Shown here piece by piece: positions 8,818 to 18,423 of a stretch of DNA of 64,000 bases. The notes under the pieces were generated by a model. It saw nothing but the letters and a program-made list of their open reading frames with translations. It was not told where the DNA came from and did not search any database. Numbering within the stretch: position 1 is the stretch's first letter; each line of letters starts with the position of its first letter. The position numbers and the translations under genes are program-made. This DNA is from a virus: positions 8,149 through 72,148 of the IMG/VR virus record IMGVR_UViG_3300021185_002720; one strand, given 5' to 3'.

Positions 8818-10473
8818 ATGAGTAAAGATTTAGAATTTAATCACAAAGCTAGAGTAGGACTTTCAGAAGGTATCGAAAAATTAGCAAAGACTGTTGTATG
8901 TACTTTAGGTCCAGCAGGTAGGAATGTAATTATTGAACAAACAACAGGTAATCCAATTTCTACTAAAGACGGAGTTACAGTTGCAAAGTCTATTGAATTA
9001 AAAGATCCATTAGAGAATATTGGAGCACAATTAGTTAAACAAGCATCTATTAAGACTGCAGAAGAAGCTGGTGATGGTACTACTACCTCTACACTACTAG
9101 CTAGAGAGATGTTTCAAAAAGGTTTAGGAACTATTGGAGATCATACTGCAGTACAAGTTAAGAAAGGAATAGAACTCGCTACAGAAGACGTAGTTGAGTA
9201 TTTAGAATCAGTAAGTAAAGATATAACGGACGAAGGACAGCTTAAACAGGTCGCTACTATCTCTGCCAATAACGATAATGAAGTTGGCGAATTGATTTCT
9301 ACTGCTATGGAAAAAGTAGGACAGGATGGAGTTGTGTCAATCGAAGAATCAAAGACCGGAGAAACGTATTTAGAAACAGTTGAAGGAATGCAATTCAACA
9401 GAGGTTATAAGTCTCCATACTTCGTTACAGATAACAGCACCATGACTGCTGTTCTTCGTGATCCGTTTGTATTAATTACTGATAAAAGGTTGAACCAGGT
9501 GAAGGAGTTACTTCCTGTATTAGAAGCTGTTTCTCAACAAAATAAGTCTCTGTTAGTAATTGCAGACGATATCGATGGAGAAGCATTATCTACTATGGTA
9601 GTTAATAAGATGAGAGGTATTCTTCCTGTAGCTGCAGTTAAGGCTCCTGATTTTGGAGACAGAAAGAAAGCAACGTTAGAAGATATAGCAATCATAACAG
9701 GAGGTCAAGTAATCTCATCAGATAAAGGAATGAGATTGGATAAGTTTGATCCTGCTTGGTTAGGTAAAGCTGTTAAAGCTACTGTTTCAAAAGATACCTG
9801 TACTATTATTGATGCTAAAGGAGATGAAGAAAAGATTCAAGCTAGAGTAGATGAGATCAGAACTCAGATAGACGAATCTAATTCACCTTTTGAGAAAGAA
9901 AATCTTCAAGACCGATTAGGTAAATTGATCGGCGGAGTTGCAGTGGTACACGTTGGTGGTCATACTGAAATAGAAATGAAAGAGAAGAAAGATAGAGTAG
10001 ATGATGCTCTACATGCCACCAAGGCAGCTCTAGAAGAAGGTGTTTTACCTGGAGGAGGAGTAGCATTACTTAATGCTGCTAAAAAGATTAGAGATAAGAA
10101 AGATAAAGGTAGCTACAAAGATCTTACTGCTAGTGAGCAAGTAGGAATACAGATACTTTTAGAATCAATAGAAAGACCATTCTATCAGATTCTTTTTAAC
10201 GCTGGAATTGCTGAACCAGAAATCGATGAAATAAGAAAAGCGATTGAAAAGAAAACTAAAGATAAATGGTATGGTTATAACTCAAGAGTTGAAGACTTTG
10301 CTGATATGTTTAAAGAAGGTATTATCGATCCAACTAAAGTTACTAGGTTAGCATTAGAGAATGCCGTATCAGTAGCTGGAACGATGTTAATCACTGAAGC
10401 AGTAGTATCGTTAGATAAAACTGAAGAAACAAAAGCACCATTAGACGCAGCTCAACAAATGTTACTAGGATAA
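8818..10473 (+). CDS. groEL: chaperonin GroEL
   Basis: [45 protein letters not shown]. Confidence 0.97.
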   Translation: MSKDLEFNHKARVGLSEGIEKLAKTVVCTLGPAGRNVIIEQTTGNPISTKDGVTVAKSIELKDPLENIGAQLVKQASIKTAEEAGDGTTTSTLLAREMFQKGLGTIGDHTAVQVKKGIELATEDVVEYLESVSKDITDEGQLKQVATISANNDNEVGELISTAMEKVGQDGVVSIEESKTGETYLETVEGMQFNRGYKSPYFVTDNSTMTAVLRDPFVLITDKRLNQVKELLPVLEAVSQQNKSLLVIADDIDGEALSTMVVNKMRGILPVAAVKAPDFGDRKKATLEDIAIITGGQVISSDKGMRLDKFDPAWLGKAVKATVSKDTCTIIDAKGDEEKIQARVDEIRTQIDESNSPFEKENLQDRLGKLIGGVAVVHVGGHTEIEMKEKKDRVDDALHATKAALEEGVLPGGGVALLNAAKKIRDKKDKGSYKDLTASEQVGIQILLESIERPFYQILFNAGIAEPEIDEIRKAIEKKTKDKWYGYNSRVEDFADMFKEGIIDPTKVTRLALENAVSVAGTMLITEAVVSLDKTEETKAPLDAAQQMLLG

Positions 10474-11222
10474 TGAAATATAAATTTATTACAGATTGGT
10501 TACGTAATTACAGTAAGGAAGCAAACGAAAAGACTTTTGTTGTTGGAGTAAGCGGCGGGATTGACTCCGCCGTTACCTCTACCTTATGTGCTCAAACAGG
10601 AGTACAGACATATGTAGTTTCACTTCCAATTGAGCAGAATAAAGAAGAACTTAGCAGAGCTGAAGCTCATATTGAGTGGCTCTGTAATAAGTACGATAAC
10701 GTAGTTCCTTTACAGTTTAATTTAAATGAATTATTCTGGGCATTTAAAAATGTATTTGAAAAAGAAGATAAGTTAGCATTAGCTAATTCAAGATCTAGAC
10801 TTAGGATGACTACATTGTATCATGCTGCTGCTATGGTTAATGGATTAGTAGTTGGTACAGGTAATAAGGTTGAAGACTTTGGAATAGGTTTCTATACAAA
10901 ATATGGAGACGGAGGAGTTGATATTAGCCCAATAGCTGACCTAATGAAATCAGAAGTAAAAGAAGCAGCATGTGAATTAGGACTTCTTTTAGATATCATA
11001 GAAGCAAAACCTACAGATGGTCTATGGGACGACGGAAGAACAGATGAAGATCAAATCGGATGTACTTACGATGAATTAGAATGGGCAATGACTTTTGGAG
11101 GAGATAAAAGAAAGTTAACTAAAAGAAAAAAAGAAGTATTAAAAATATTCTACGGTTTCCAACATAACAATAGGCATAAAATGGTTCCAATACCTATATG
11201 TCCAAATACTAAAGATGCATAA
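10473..11222 (+). CDS. nadE: NH3-dependent NAD+ synthetase
   Basis: GVSGGIDSAV, N.RSRLRM, GTGNKVE, GFYTKYGDGG, PTDGLW..GRTDE. Confidence 0.93.
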   Translation: MKYKFITDWLRNYSKEANEKTFVVGVSGGIDSAVTSTLCAQTGVQTYVVSLPIEQNKEELSRAEAHIEWLCNKYDNVVPLQFNLNELFWAFKNVFEKEDKLALANSRSRLRMTTLYHAAAMVNGLVVGTGNKVEDFGIGFYTKYGDGGVDISPIADLMKSEVKEAACELGLLLDIIEAKPTDGLWDDGRTDEDQIGCTYDELEWAMTFGGDKRKLTKRKKEVLKIFYGFQHNNRHKMVPIPICPNTKDA

Positions 11223-11700
11223 CCGAAAAGAAATTTTAACTTTAATGTTTGTGCTGTTAGCAGTATTTGTTAGATTGGCTCCACACCCTCCTAATTTTAC
11301 ACCTATAACAGCCTTAGCTTTATTTGGAGCTACAACATTTAGTAACAGAGTGTTAGGAACACTACTACCATTAATTGCATTAGCAATATCAGATCTTTAT
11401 TTAGGTTTCTATTCTATATCAATTTGGGTCTACAGTTCTTTCTTAGCCATCAGTTTACTAGGTCACTACTGGAAGACGATTAAGACTAAAAATATACTAA
11501 TGAGCAGTTTACTATTTTTCATTGTTACTAACTTTGGAGTATGGTTAACTGGTTATCCTAAAACTATAGAAGGGTTTGTACTTTGTTATACTTTAGCAAT
11601 TCCTTTCTTCATTAACGCAATAGCAGGAGATTTATTTTTCAGCTATATCTTAAAGTATAGTTATTCATTCACTAAATATAAATTAATTAAACAATTATGA
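11215..11700 (+). CDS. DUF6580-like membrane protein (putative ECF-type vitamin transporter S component)
   Basis: RLAPHPPNFTPITALALFG, FFIVTNFGVW, CY..AIPFF; several transmembrane segments. Confidence 0.65.
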   Translation: MHNRKEILTLMFVLLAVFVRLAPHPPNFTPITALALFGATTFSNRVLGTLLPLIALAISDLYLGFYSISIWVYSSFLAISLLGHYWKTIKTKNILMSSLLFFIVTNFGVWLTGYPKTIEGFVLCYTLAIPFFINAIAGDLFFSYILKYSYSFTKYKLIKQL

Positions 11701-11867
11701 ACAAAGAAGAATTATTCGATGAAATTGCAGAGCAATTTAACATCCTAGCTGAAAACAATAGCGGGACTACAAAAGCTTCTCAAGCAAGAGCTAGAAAAGC
11801 AGCAGGAGAGATTAAAAAGTTGATTACTCCTTACAAAAAAGCGAACATGGAGGCAACGAAGGCGTAG
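11697..11867 (+). CDS. histone H1-like (Hc1-type) small DNA-binding protein, 56 aa, missing from the ORF track
   Basis: MNKEELFDEIAEQF...GTTKASQARARKAAGEIKKLITPYKKANM. Confidence 0.7.
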   Translation: MNKEELFDEIAEQFNILAENNSGTTKASQARARKAAGEIKKLITPYKKANMEATKA

Positions 11868-11905
11868 GGGGGCGTTTCTCTCTAACCGACGAAGTCGCCA
11901 CGCGC
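11866..11905 (+). repeat. GC-rich hairpin element, copy 1 (GGGGGG-CGT-TTCTCTCT / CGAC-GAA-GTCG / CCACGCGC)
   Basis: Near-identical to 62297-62336. Confidence 0.75.
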
Positions 11906-11914
11906 GAATTTAAC

Positions 11915-11945
11915 AAACCCTGCCCTAACCGGTGGGGTTTTTTTT
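11915..11945 (+). terminator. rho-independent terminator
   Basis: aaaccctgcc-ctaacc-ggtggggttt stem-loop followed by a T run. Confidence 0.75.
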
Positions 11946-12061
11946 GTGAAATAGTTGGTAAAGTAAGAAAAAGACTGTATAGGGGAACCTTCCGGAAAAG
12001 CATAGTTGGATATTTATAATAAAAATCGTATATTGTAATATGGAATTTATTTACTTTAGTG

Positions 12062-12217
12062 ATGAGTGGAACGAAAAAAGAAAAGACGGCGATAAAACTA
12101 GAGCAGGTGGTACTCACCCACCAAGAATGGCTCCATGCTCTGCGCATGCCTACGCCAGTGAAGAACAAGAAGAAATATACCAGAAAAACAAAACACAGAA
12201 ATGATAGAGCACTTTAG
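12062..12217 (+). CDS. small basic protein with KNKKKYTRKTKH motif; an overlapping alternative ORF runs 12040-12204
   Basis: Manual translation, 51 aa, downstream of the promoter motif at 12006-12036. Confidence 0.45.
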   Translation: MSGTKKEKTAIKLEQVVLTHQEWLHALRMPTPVKNKKKYTRKTKHRNDRAL

Positions 12218-12503
12218 AAATTATATAGGCTATTATTTTATTGCAGCAGCAATTTTGCTTATAGTTGCAGGAGAATATTTTACAGGAGTCTTAATTGGGT
12301 TTGTAACCGTGTTAAAGGTACCGCCATTTGATTGGGTTGGAAGAGCAATGGACTGGTCAGCAGGAATTGGGCATAGATATGGATTGAAGCTTAAAGCCTG
12401 GAAAGAAAAGCAATCAAAACCAGTTAGGATACTGGTAACAATAATTGCTGCAATCCTGGTCTTTTTAATATGGTGGAATATGCCTGAATGTGAGTTATGT
12501 TAA
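12201..12503 (+). CDS. membrane protein
   Basis: Two hydrophobic segments. Confidence 0.6.
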   Translation: MIEHFRNYIGYYFIAAAILLIVAGEYFTGVLIGFVTVLKVPPFDWVGRAMDWSAGIGHRYGLKLKAWKEKQSKPVRILVTIIAAILVFLIWWNMPECELC

Positions 12504-12979
12504 AAGATTATATTAGAGAAGTGCCCGACTTTCCAAAAAAAGGGATTAACTATAAAGACATACAACCTTTACTTGCAGACGATAATGCATTCTTCGATGC
12601 TCTATACGACTTAGGAGAATTAGTTGATATTGAAAAAGTAGATTACTTTGTAGGGATCGAGTCGCGTGGGTTTATATTCGCGTCCGCGCTTGCCGCTATG
12701 AATATGAAAGGCTTTAAAATGATCCGTAAAGCAGGAAAATTACCTCCTGCTAATTTAGTATCTATAGAATATGGATTAGAGTACGGTAGAGATACCATAG
12801 AAATAGAAAAAGGTTTTGGAAATGTTGTAATTGTTGATGATGTATTCGCGACCGGAGGAACAATGACAGCAGCCGAAATGATCTGCGAACTTGCAGGGTA
12901 CCAAGTAGTAGATAGTATTTGCTTACTTGATATTGGAATCAACAAAAAACATACTACAAAATGCCTAATATCTTATTAG
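12497..12979 (+). CDS. apt: adenine phosphoribosyltransferase
   Basis: PDFPKKGI, GIESRGF, RKAGKLP, EYGLEYG, IVDDVFATGGT. Confidence 0.92.
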   Translation: MLKDYIREVPDFPKKGINYKDIQPLLADDNAFFDALYDLGELVDIEKVDYFVGIESRGFIFASALAAMNMKGFKMIRKAGKLPPANLVSIEYGLEYGRDTIEIEKGFGNVVIVDDVFATGGTMTAAEMICELAGYQVVDSICLLDIGINKKHTTKCLISY

Positions 12980-13494
12980 TATCAGCTACAAAGCTTGAAC
13001 ATCACGATACAGAAATAAATGGAGTGCCTATACATATAATTGGTATAGGAAAAGTTGAAGCAGCTCTCAATACCTATAAACTTATACAGAAGTATAAACC
13101 TGACCATGTAGTGAATTTTGGTTCATGTGGCAGTCTTTGTTCTGCTAGAATAGGAGAAGTTATTGAAGTTGGAGAAGTATACGATGACTTTTATGGATGT
13201 GTAGTACCAGAACATTCAAGTATAAAAGTAAGTAATACTAAAGTTAAATTATTTACTACAGATATATTTTATGACTCTTCAGCAACCTATAGTAATTCGT
13301 ATGTTGAAAATCTCCGTAAATGTGATTTAGTAGATATGGAGGGATATTCTATAGCAAAAGTTTGTTTATCTGAAAATATTTCCGTATCTTTATTTAAATG
13401 GATTAGCGACTCTGGAGACAGTACAGATTGGAGAGCTAATGCTTCAATAGGATATAATAATTTTAAAAAGGTTTTCAATGAGCGATTCAGTTAA
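12961..13494 (+). CDS. MTA/SAH nucleosidase-like protein (PNP_UDP_1 family)
   Basis: GIGKVEAA, VNFGSCG, VDMEGYSIA, KWISD. Confidence 0.8.
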   Translation: MPNILLVSATKLEHHDTEINGVPIHIIGIGKVEAALNTYKLIQKYKPDHVVNFGSCGSLCSARIGEVIEVGEVYDDFYGCVVPEHSSIKVSNTKVKLFTTDIFYDSSATYSNSYVENLRKCDLVDMEGYSIAKVCLSENISVSLFKWISDSGDSTDWRANASIGYNNFKKVFNERFS

Positions 13495-13714
13495 GAAGTA
13501 TCACGAATTAGTAGAAGAAGGAGTTTATGATAATAAACTATCTCCAGAAGAACAAAGGGATAATAAAATAATGGAACTACTTGCTAAGGCAGCTAAAGCA
13601 AATAAATTAGCACAAGTCGAAATACGAGCAGAAGAAGTTAAAAAAGAATTTGGAACAACAAGCTTGCTACTTGGTTTAGAGATAGCAGTTGATGAATTAG
13701 TTAAAGATGAGTGA
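13478..13714 (+). CDS. hypothetical protein
   Basis: Coupled ORF. Confidence 0.55.
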   Translation: MSDSVKKYHELVEEGVYDNKLSPEEQRDNKIMELLAKAAKANKLAQVEIRAEEVKKEFGTTSLLLGLEIAVDELVKDE

Positions 13715-14225
13715 TAGATATGAAATGCAGATTCATAAGAGTGAATTTAAGCCTCTGCGAATCGATAATTCATTTTCTATAAAAGTAATAGATAAATTTG
13801 AAGACGGAGAAGAACATTTCAAACAGTTTATTGAGTCAATAGATATTAACTTAAGTGATTGGGATGAAAGGCCAACTTTAAATGATGTTAAAGATAGATT
13901 AAACGGAGTATCAAAATGTACTTTATTTTTTCATGAAGATATAAAAGAGGCTATCGGATGGGGGTGGTTCTCTAGTGTGTTTACATATGACTGGGTAAAT
14001 GAAGTGCATCCTCTACCTACTGATAATTCAACATACTGGGGAGGAACATATATACGTAAAGAATTAGACATACCAAAAACTACAGGCTTACAAATGTATA
14101 ACCACGGGTTTGAATTATTTCTTAGCTTTAGTGATTATATGTACGGCTATATGGATAGCTGGAATAAAGCACCTATCAAGATTTGTCATAAGATAGGCGG
14201 CCGTGAATTTAAATTTATACAATGA
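13707..14225 (+). CDS. GNAT-like hypothetical protein
   Basis: IGWGW, YIRKE, MDSWNKAPIKI..KIG resembles the GNAT C-terminal motif. Confidence 0.45.
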   Translation: MSDRYEMQIHKSEFKPLRIDNSFSIKVIDKFEDGEEHFKQFIESIDINLSDWDERPTLNDVKDRLNGVSKCTLFFHEDIKEAIGWGWFSSVFTYDWVNEVHPLPTDNSTYWGGTYIRKELDIPKTTGLQMYNHGFELFLSFSDYMYGYMDSWNKAPIKICHKIGGREFKFIQ

Positions 14226-14731
14226 TATTAGAAATAGAACAAGACATAGTAACATTACTAGAAGAGTTTCTCGATATAGTTCCTAAGGCTGGTGAAAAGC
14301 AAATGGATAGATTAGAGAAGATAGCTCCCGGTTTAGTTCATTTCAATAGATTTACAGAAGACTCTAATGAAACAGATATTGACTTCTATTCAGTAGATAA
14401 TGAAAACTTTAATACAGCATTAGCCGCAGCTTTAAAAATAGACCTATACAACCCAATTACAATCCATAGAGTAAATTATAACGTAGGAGGTAAAGCATTA
14501 GAACATAAAGATGAAAATTCTCTTCATACTTACGTAATAATGTTGGACGATAATTTTGAAGGAGGAGATTTTTACCTTAGAGGTGAACTTACAGACTTTA
14601 GACGAAGAGGCCAAGTTGCATACTATATGGGTATGGATGCTGCTCATAGTGTATCGGAAGTAACAAAAGGCTCAAGAAAAGTACTTGTAGTATGGTACAG
14701 AGGAACAAAACCAGAATTTAAAACATTATGA
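14222..14731 (+). CDS. 2OG-Fe(II) oxygenase
   Basis: HKD, FEGGDF, H.V.EVTKGSRKVLVVW. Confidence 0.85.
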   Translation: MILEIEQDIVTLLEEFLDIVPKAGEKQMDRLEKIAPGLVHFNRFTEDSNETDIDFYSVDNENFNTALAAALKIDLYNPITIHRVNYNVGGKALEHKDENSLHTYVIMLDDNFEGGDFYLRGELTDFRRRGQVAYYMGMDAAHSVSEVTKGSRKVLVVWYRGTKPEFKTL

Positions 14732-15438
14732 GTATAAAGCTCATCAGCTGCATTGGATTAGACTACGATAGACCGTTGCTCTCCCACTTTCTCAAGCATT
14801 ATAGAGCATTGGATATTGATAGTATTCATTTGATTATACACAAAAAATCTAAATTTAATATTCAAGAGATTTATGATGAATTTGGAGATGATTTAATTTT
14901 AGAGAAATGGGTTGGACTATTTGACGGTGTTACTAAAACCAGCAAACTAAATAAAATAATAGAGAACACAGAAGAAGATTATATCATGATGGCTGATGTA
15001 GATGAACACCAGATATGGGATACACCAGTTAATGAGTATTTAAATGTGAGTAACTTTAGATGGGGTAAATTAATTGATAGAGAGTCTAAAGAAAAACAAT
15101 TAATCGAAGTTACTGATGCCCCGTTGGATGAACAGTTTCCTTTAGTGACTAATAGAACTATATGGACTGATTTATTTAAACCATGTTTATTTCCATCTAC
15201 TGATAGATTAGCTAGTCCTCATCATTTAATTATTAATCATAACAATAACAAAGATATTATAGACATACATCATTACAGATGGGTTGCTGGACGATTAGAG
15301 AAAACAAAAGAAAGAAAAGATCATTATACTGAGTTAAATAAAACAGGATACCACTTAGAAAAATCTCCATGGAAAACTATTCCTAACTGGGAAGGAGATT
15401 ACATATTAAGAATGTATAAACCGGGTAAGTTAATATGA
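14728..15438 (+). CDS. GT-A fold glycosyltransferase (GT2-like)
   Basis: LLSHFLKHY..L, MADVDE DxD motif, HHYRW. Confidence 0.65.
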   Translation: MSIKLISCIGLDYDRPLLSHFLKHYRALDIDSIHLIIHKKSKFNIQEIYDEFGDDLILEKWVGLFDGVTKTSKLNKIIENTEEDYIMMADVDEHQIWDTPVNEYLNVSNFRWGKLIDRESKEKQLIEVTDAPLDEQFPLVTNRTIWTDLFKPCLFPSTDRLASPHHLIINHNNNKDIIDIHHYRWVAGRLEKTKERKDHYTELNKTGYHLEKSPWKTIPNWEGDYILRMYKPGKLI

Positions 15439-16166
15439 AGCAAGTAACTACAGTCTTATCGGTTGTTAAGAGATTAGAGTATTTTAAATCTCAAATTGAT
15501 GCGATAGAATCTCAAACTATAGATTCAGATATATTTGTAATATGGAGAAATGCCTCTGAGTATTCATTTCCTTATCCTAGTATTATATATAAAAATGAAA
15601 CGCAACATTTCAATTCCCTATACGGTAGGTTCTATAACTCACTTCATATAAAAACACCATATACGTTTATAGTAGATGATGACATTTTACCTGGAGGAAA
15701 ATATATAGAAAGATGTATTAATTTTAGTAAAGAACATAACGATAAAGTTGTAATTGCTACATACGGGGTTAATTTTAAATCTAATACTTCTAAATATACT
15801 CCAAAAGAAAGAATAGGACCTGAGGTATTTTTAAAAGAACCTAAAAAAGTAGATATGGGAGGTCAAGGATGGTTTATGAAAACTGAACTTTTACAGCATT
15901 TCCTTTACGATAGTATATTTAACGAAGGCTCAGGGGAAGATTTACATTATTCTTATTGTTTATTCAAGAATAAAGTACCTATTTATATAATAGATAAGGA
16001 TGTTAACGACTCTAAAACTTGGCAAGACCTTACTTTAGGTAAAAGAGGGGAAGACGATCAAGCTCAATGGAAGCAAACTCAACATTTAGACATAAGAAAT
16101 AAAGTTTTAAAACACTATACTACCAAAGGATGGCTTTCCGGAAGAGGAAATTCTACCTTAATTTAG
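15435..16166 (+). CDS. GT-A fold glycosyltransferase
   Basis: QIDAIESQT, YGRF, IVDDDILPG, GEDLHYSY. Confidence 0.7.
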   Translation: MKQVTTVLSVVKRLEYFKSQIDAIESQTIDSDIFVIWRNASEYSFPYPSIIYKNETQHFNSLYGRFYNSLHIKTPYTFIVDDDILPGGKYIERCINFSKEHNDKVVIATYGVNFKSNTSKYTPKERIGPEVFLKEPKKVDMGGQGWFMKTELLQHFLYDSIFNEGSGEDLHYSYCLFKNKVPIYIIDKDVNDSKTWQDLTLGKRGEDDQAQWKQTQHLDIRNKVLKHYTTKGWLSGRGNSTLI

Positions 16167-16184
16167 TAAATGCAAATTTACCGA

Positions 16185-16192
16185 TATTTATA
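16185..16192 (+). promoter_or_regulatory. class II (late-type?) TATTTATA box
   Basis: Recurs shortly upstream of gene starts (also 7940, 18385, 24694, 29054, 33426, 44685, 46698, 56533). Confidence 0.55.
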
Positions 16193-16220
16193 AACATAAA
16201 GAGAATTATATAATACCATT

Positions 16221-17636
16221 ATGAAAGGAACACTATTATCATTCGATTACGTTAGATCACCGGAAGGAGATTTAAAGTTCATTGAGATGAACACTGATAC
16301 GACGATCGCAGCCGATCAAATAGAACCATCTATTAATTGGGACGGTTTGTTCACAGTTATGCAAGACATTAGCGCTACAAAGCTTGATGTTATTTACAAA
16401 CCAGAAATACATCAACCAATTGTAAACCACTTATCTGCATCAGCAATGTCTCCGTCAGGGAGCTTTATTACTGATTTTACACATCATAAAGAAGATTACA
16501 GAAGTATCTTCCCAACTGCTGTAGAAGATGCAGCTGATAAATTTATTTTAAGATTAGCTTACGATGATAATGCTATTTTAGATAACACATATTGTGCTAC
16601 TGGACACGCACCACTTCAATTGCTTAATGAATATAATTCTTCAAGCTTAGCAGTTCCTTTCTTTTATAGTGGTAGTGAAGGAGAAGTAGATTTATTAACA
16701 ACATCTTCTAACAGCCTTAACATTCCAGATCTTGCAGTTAAGACAAAAAGAGATACTTGGGATGCATTAAAGTTTGTAAAGGTAAGAGACTGGAGTACAG
16801 TAAAAGGAGAATTAAAAGAAGATTACTTCTTAACTAATTACTTAATTCACCCTTCTTCTGAAGATACAGAAAATGCAGTTAGTTCTTATAGATCTTATGG
16901 TATTGCTTACGGCGGAGGATTGAACTATATGCCTCTTGGAGGTTTCCAACAGTACTCTCAATTTAGTATTCCAGAGGTTCTTGATCTTGCTGATGATGGA
17001 ATGAATAAAGTACTAGATAACAAACACTACTATGAGTATTCAACTAGTACTATAAAAAGTAAGCAAAATTATAACGGAGTATTCACTACAGAGAGACTTT
17101 TAGCAGCAGATAATGGAGCTTTACAAGCTAGTGAAATAAATACTGGACAGGCAATGAAAGGTTTTCACATACCTGGCTCACCTGACACAGAAGATAAAGC
17201 TACTTACATAGCATGGAGACATGTAGGGAAATCTTTACCTGCTAATTCTGGAGTTACTTCTTCGGTAGCAGTAGCAGCTTCAAAAGTATATCCAAATATT
17301 CATAATGATCTGTTTTCAATTCATCCTTCTGGATCTACGGAACCAGTTTATATAGGAGTTGATGCTGCAATTATTACTTATAATTCAGGTTCAGATACAT
17401 GGGCATATAGAGCACCACATCAAATCAATCAAGATTTAGATTACATCTTTAACACAGATAGTGAATTAGTTCCAATCTCATCATCACAGCATATTATTCT
17501 TCATCAACCTACAGGAAGTTTCTTTACTGTCGATATTGAAACAAATGATAACTTAGTTGTTGATACAGCAGATTCGAATAATGAAATTGTAATATCTTTT
17601 CACAATCCACCAGCAAAAATTGAACCACCAAAATAA
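16221..17636 (+). CDS. ATP-grasp-like N-terminal region plus C-terminal Hint (intein-like) domain
   Basis: N-terminal SFDY...LKFIEMNT; Hint-like start GVFTTERLLAADNG...EINTGQAM and end FTVDIETNDNLVV...ISFHN, followed by 9 residues. Confidence 0.5.
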   Translation: MKGTLLSFDYVRSPEGDLKFIEMNTDTTIAADQIEPSINWDGLFTVMQDISATKLDVIYKPEIHQPIVNHLSASAMSPSGSFITDFTHHKEDYRSIFPTAVEDAADKFILRLAYDDNAILDNTYCATGHAPLQLLNEYNSSSLAVPFFYSGSEGEVDLLTTSSNSLNIPDLAVKTKRDTWDALKFVKVRDWSTVKGELKEDYFLTNYLIHPSSEDTENAVSSYRSYGIAYGGGLNYMPLGGFQQYSQFSIPEVLDLADDGMNKVLDNKHYYEYSTSTIKSKQNYNGVFTTERLLAADNGALQASEINTGQAMKGFHIPGSPDTEDKATYIAWRHVGKSLPANSGVTSSVAVAASKVYPNIHNDLFSIHPSGSTEPVYIGVDAAIITYNSGSDTWAYRAPHQINQDLDYIFNTDSELVPISSSQHIILHQPTGSFFTVDIETNDNLVVDTADSNNEIVISFHNPPAKIEPPK

Positions 17637-17645
17637 TAGTATAAT

Positions 17646-17813
17646 ATGAATAAGCCAATCGATCCTTCATTAATTTATAGATCTAAACAAACAGCTACAT
17701 CACCAACGGGTGAAGTTGAATTAGGAACTTCAAAAGTTACTTATGAAGATATACAAGAAATGAATGTTATTTCTGAAAAGATCCTTTCTTTGATTGTACA
17801 AAAACATTCATAA
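17646..17813 (+). CDS. small hypothetical protein, 55 aa, missing from the ORF track
   Basis: MNKPIDPSLIYRSKQ...LSLIVQKHS, directly after the Hint-like gene. Confidence 0.55.
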   Translation: MNKPIDPSLIYRSKQTATSPTGEVELGTSKVTYEDIQEMNVISEKILSLIVQKHS

Positions 17814-17863
17814 TTAACTAGTAAAAAAGTTGTTTTTATAAGATATATTTCTTATATTGTAAT

Positions 17864-18382
17864 ATGGTTACATCGTTAATATTACCCTATAAACCTTCGC
17901 ATGAGCTGAAGTGGTTAGAGAAATTCTTTAAGAAAGACTACTACAAGAAACCGTATGATAGATTCATGTGGTGGAGAAGCTATACCCCTAAACAGAAACC
18001 TCTTACTAATCGTCATGATTTGAGAGAACGTATCCTTAATGGAGATTTCGATGTGGCTCCCTATGCTTTCGAAGCACAGATAGTCGAACATAGAATGAAT
18101 AAGATCTTTGAGGAGTGTAAGGGATATGAAGACGTTTACAGAGAGAAGACTCAAGTAGATAAAGCAAGACGTAAGAGGCTATTAGAAGACTATGAAAAAG
18201 AAGAAGCCAGACGATTAGATGAATTGAAAAAAGCATTTGTTCTTAAGTTTAAGATGACTAAAGAGCAATACGAAAAAGAGGTAGTTAATACTAGGGCTCG
18301 TAACCTTATTAGCTTTTACGATAAAATGGAAGCAAAATACGGTACGTACTGGAAGCCTCTTAGTTATCCAAAGAAAACTTAG
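17864..18382 (+). CDS. hypothetical protein
   Basis: ORF behind the class I promoter at 17830-17860. Confidence 0.65.
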   Translation: MVTSLILPYKPSHELKWLEKFFKKDYYKKPYDRFMWWRSYTPKQKPLTNRHDLRERILNGDFDVAPYAFEAQIVEHRMNKIFEECKGYEDVYREKTQVDKARRKRLLEDYEKEEARRLDELKKAFVLKFKMTKEQYEKEVVNTRARNLISFYDKMEAKYGTYWKPLSYPKKT

Positions 18383-18423
18383 TATATTTATATAAACACA
18401 GTGTTAATCAAAATCAAAAATTC

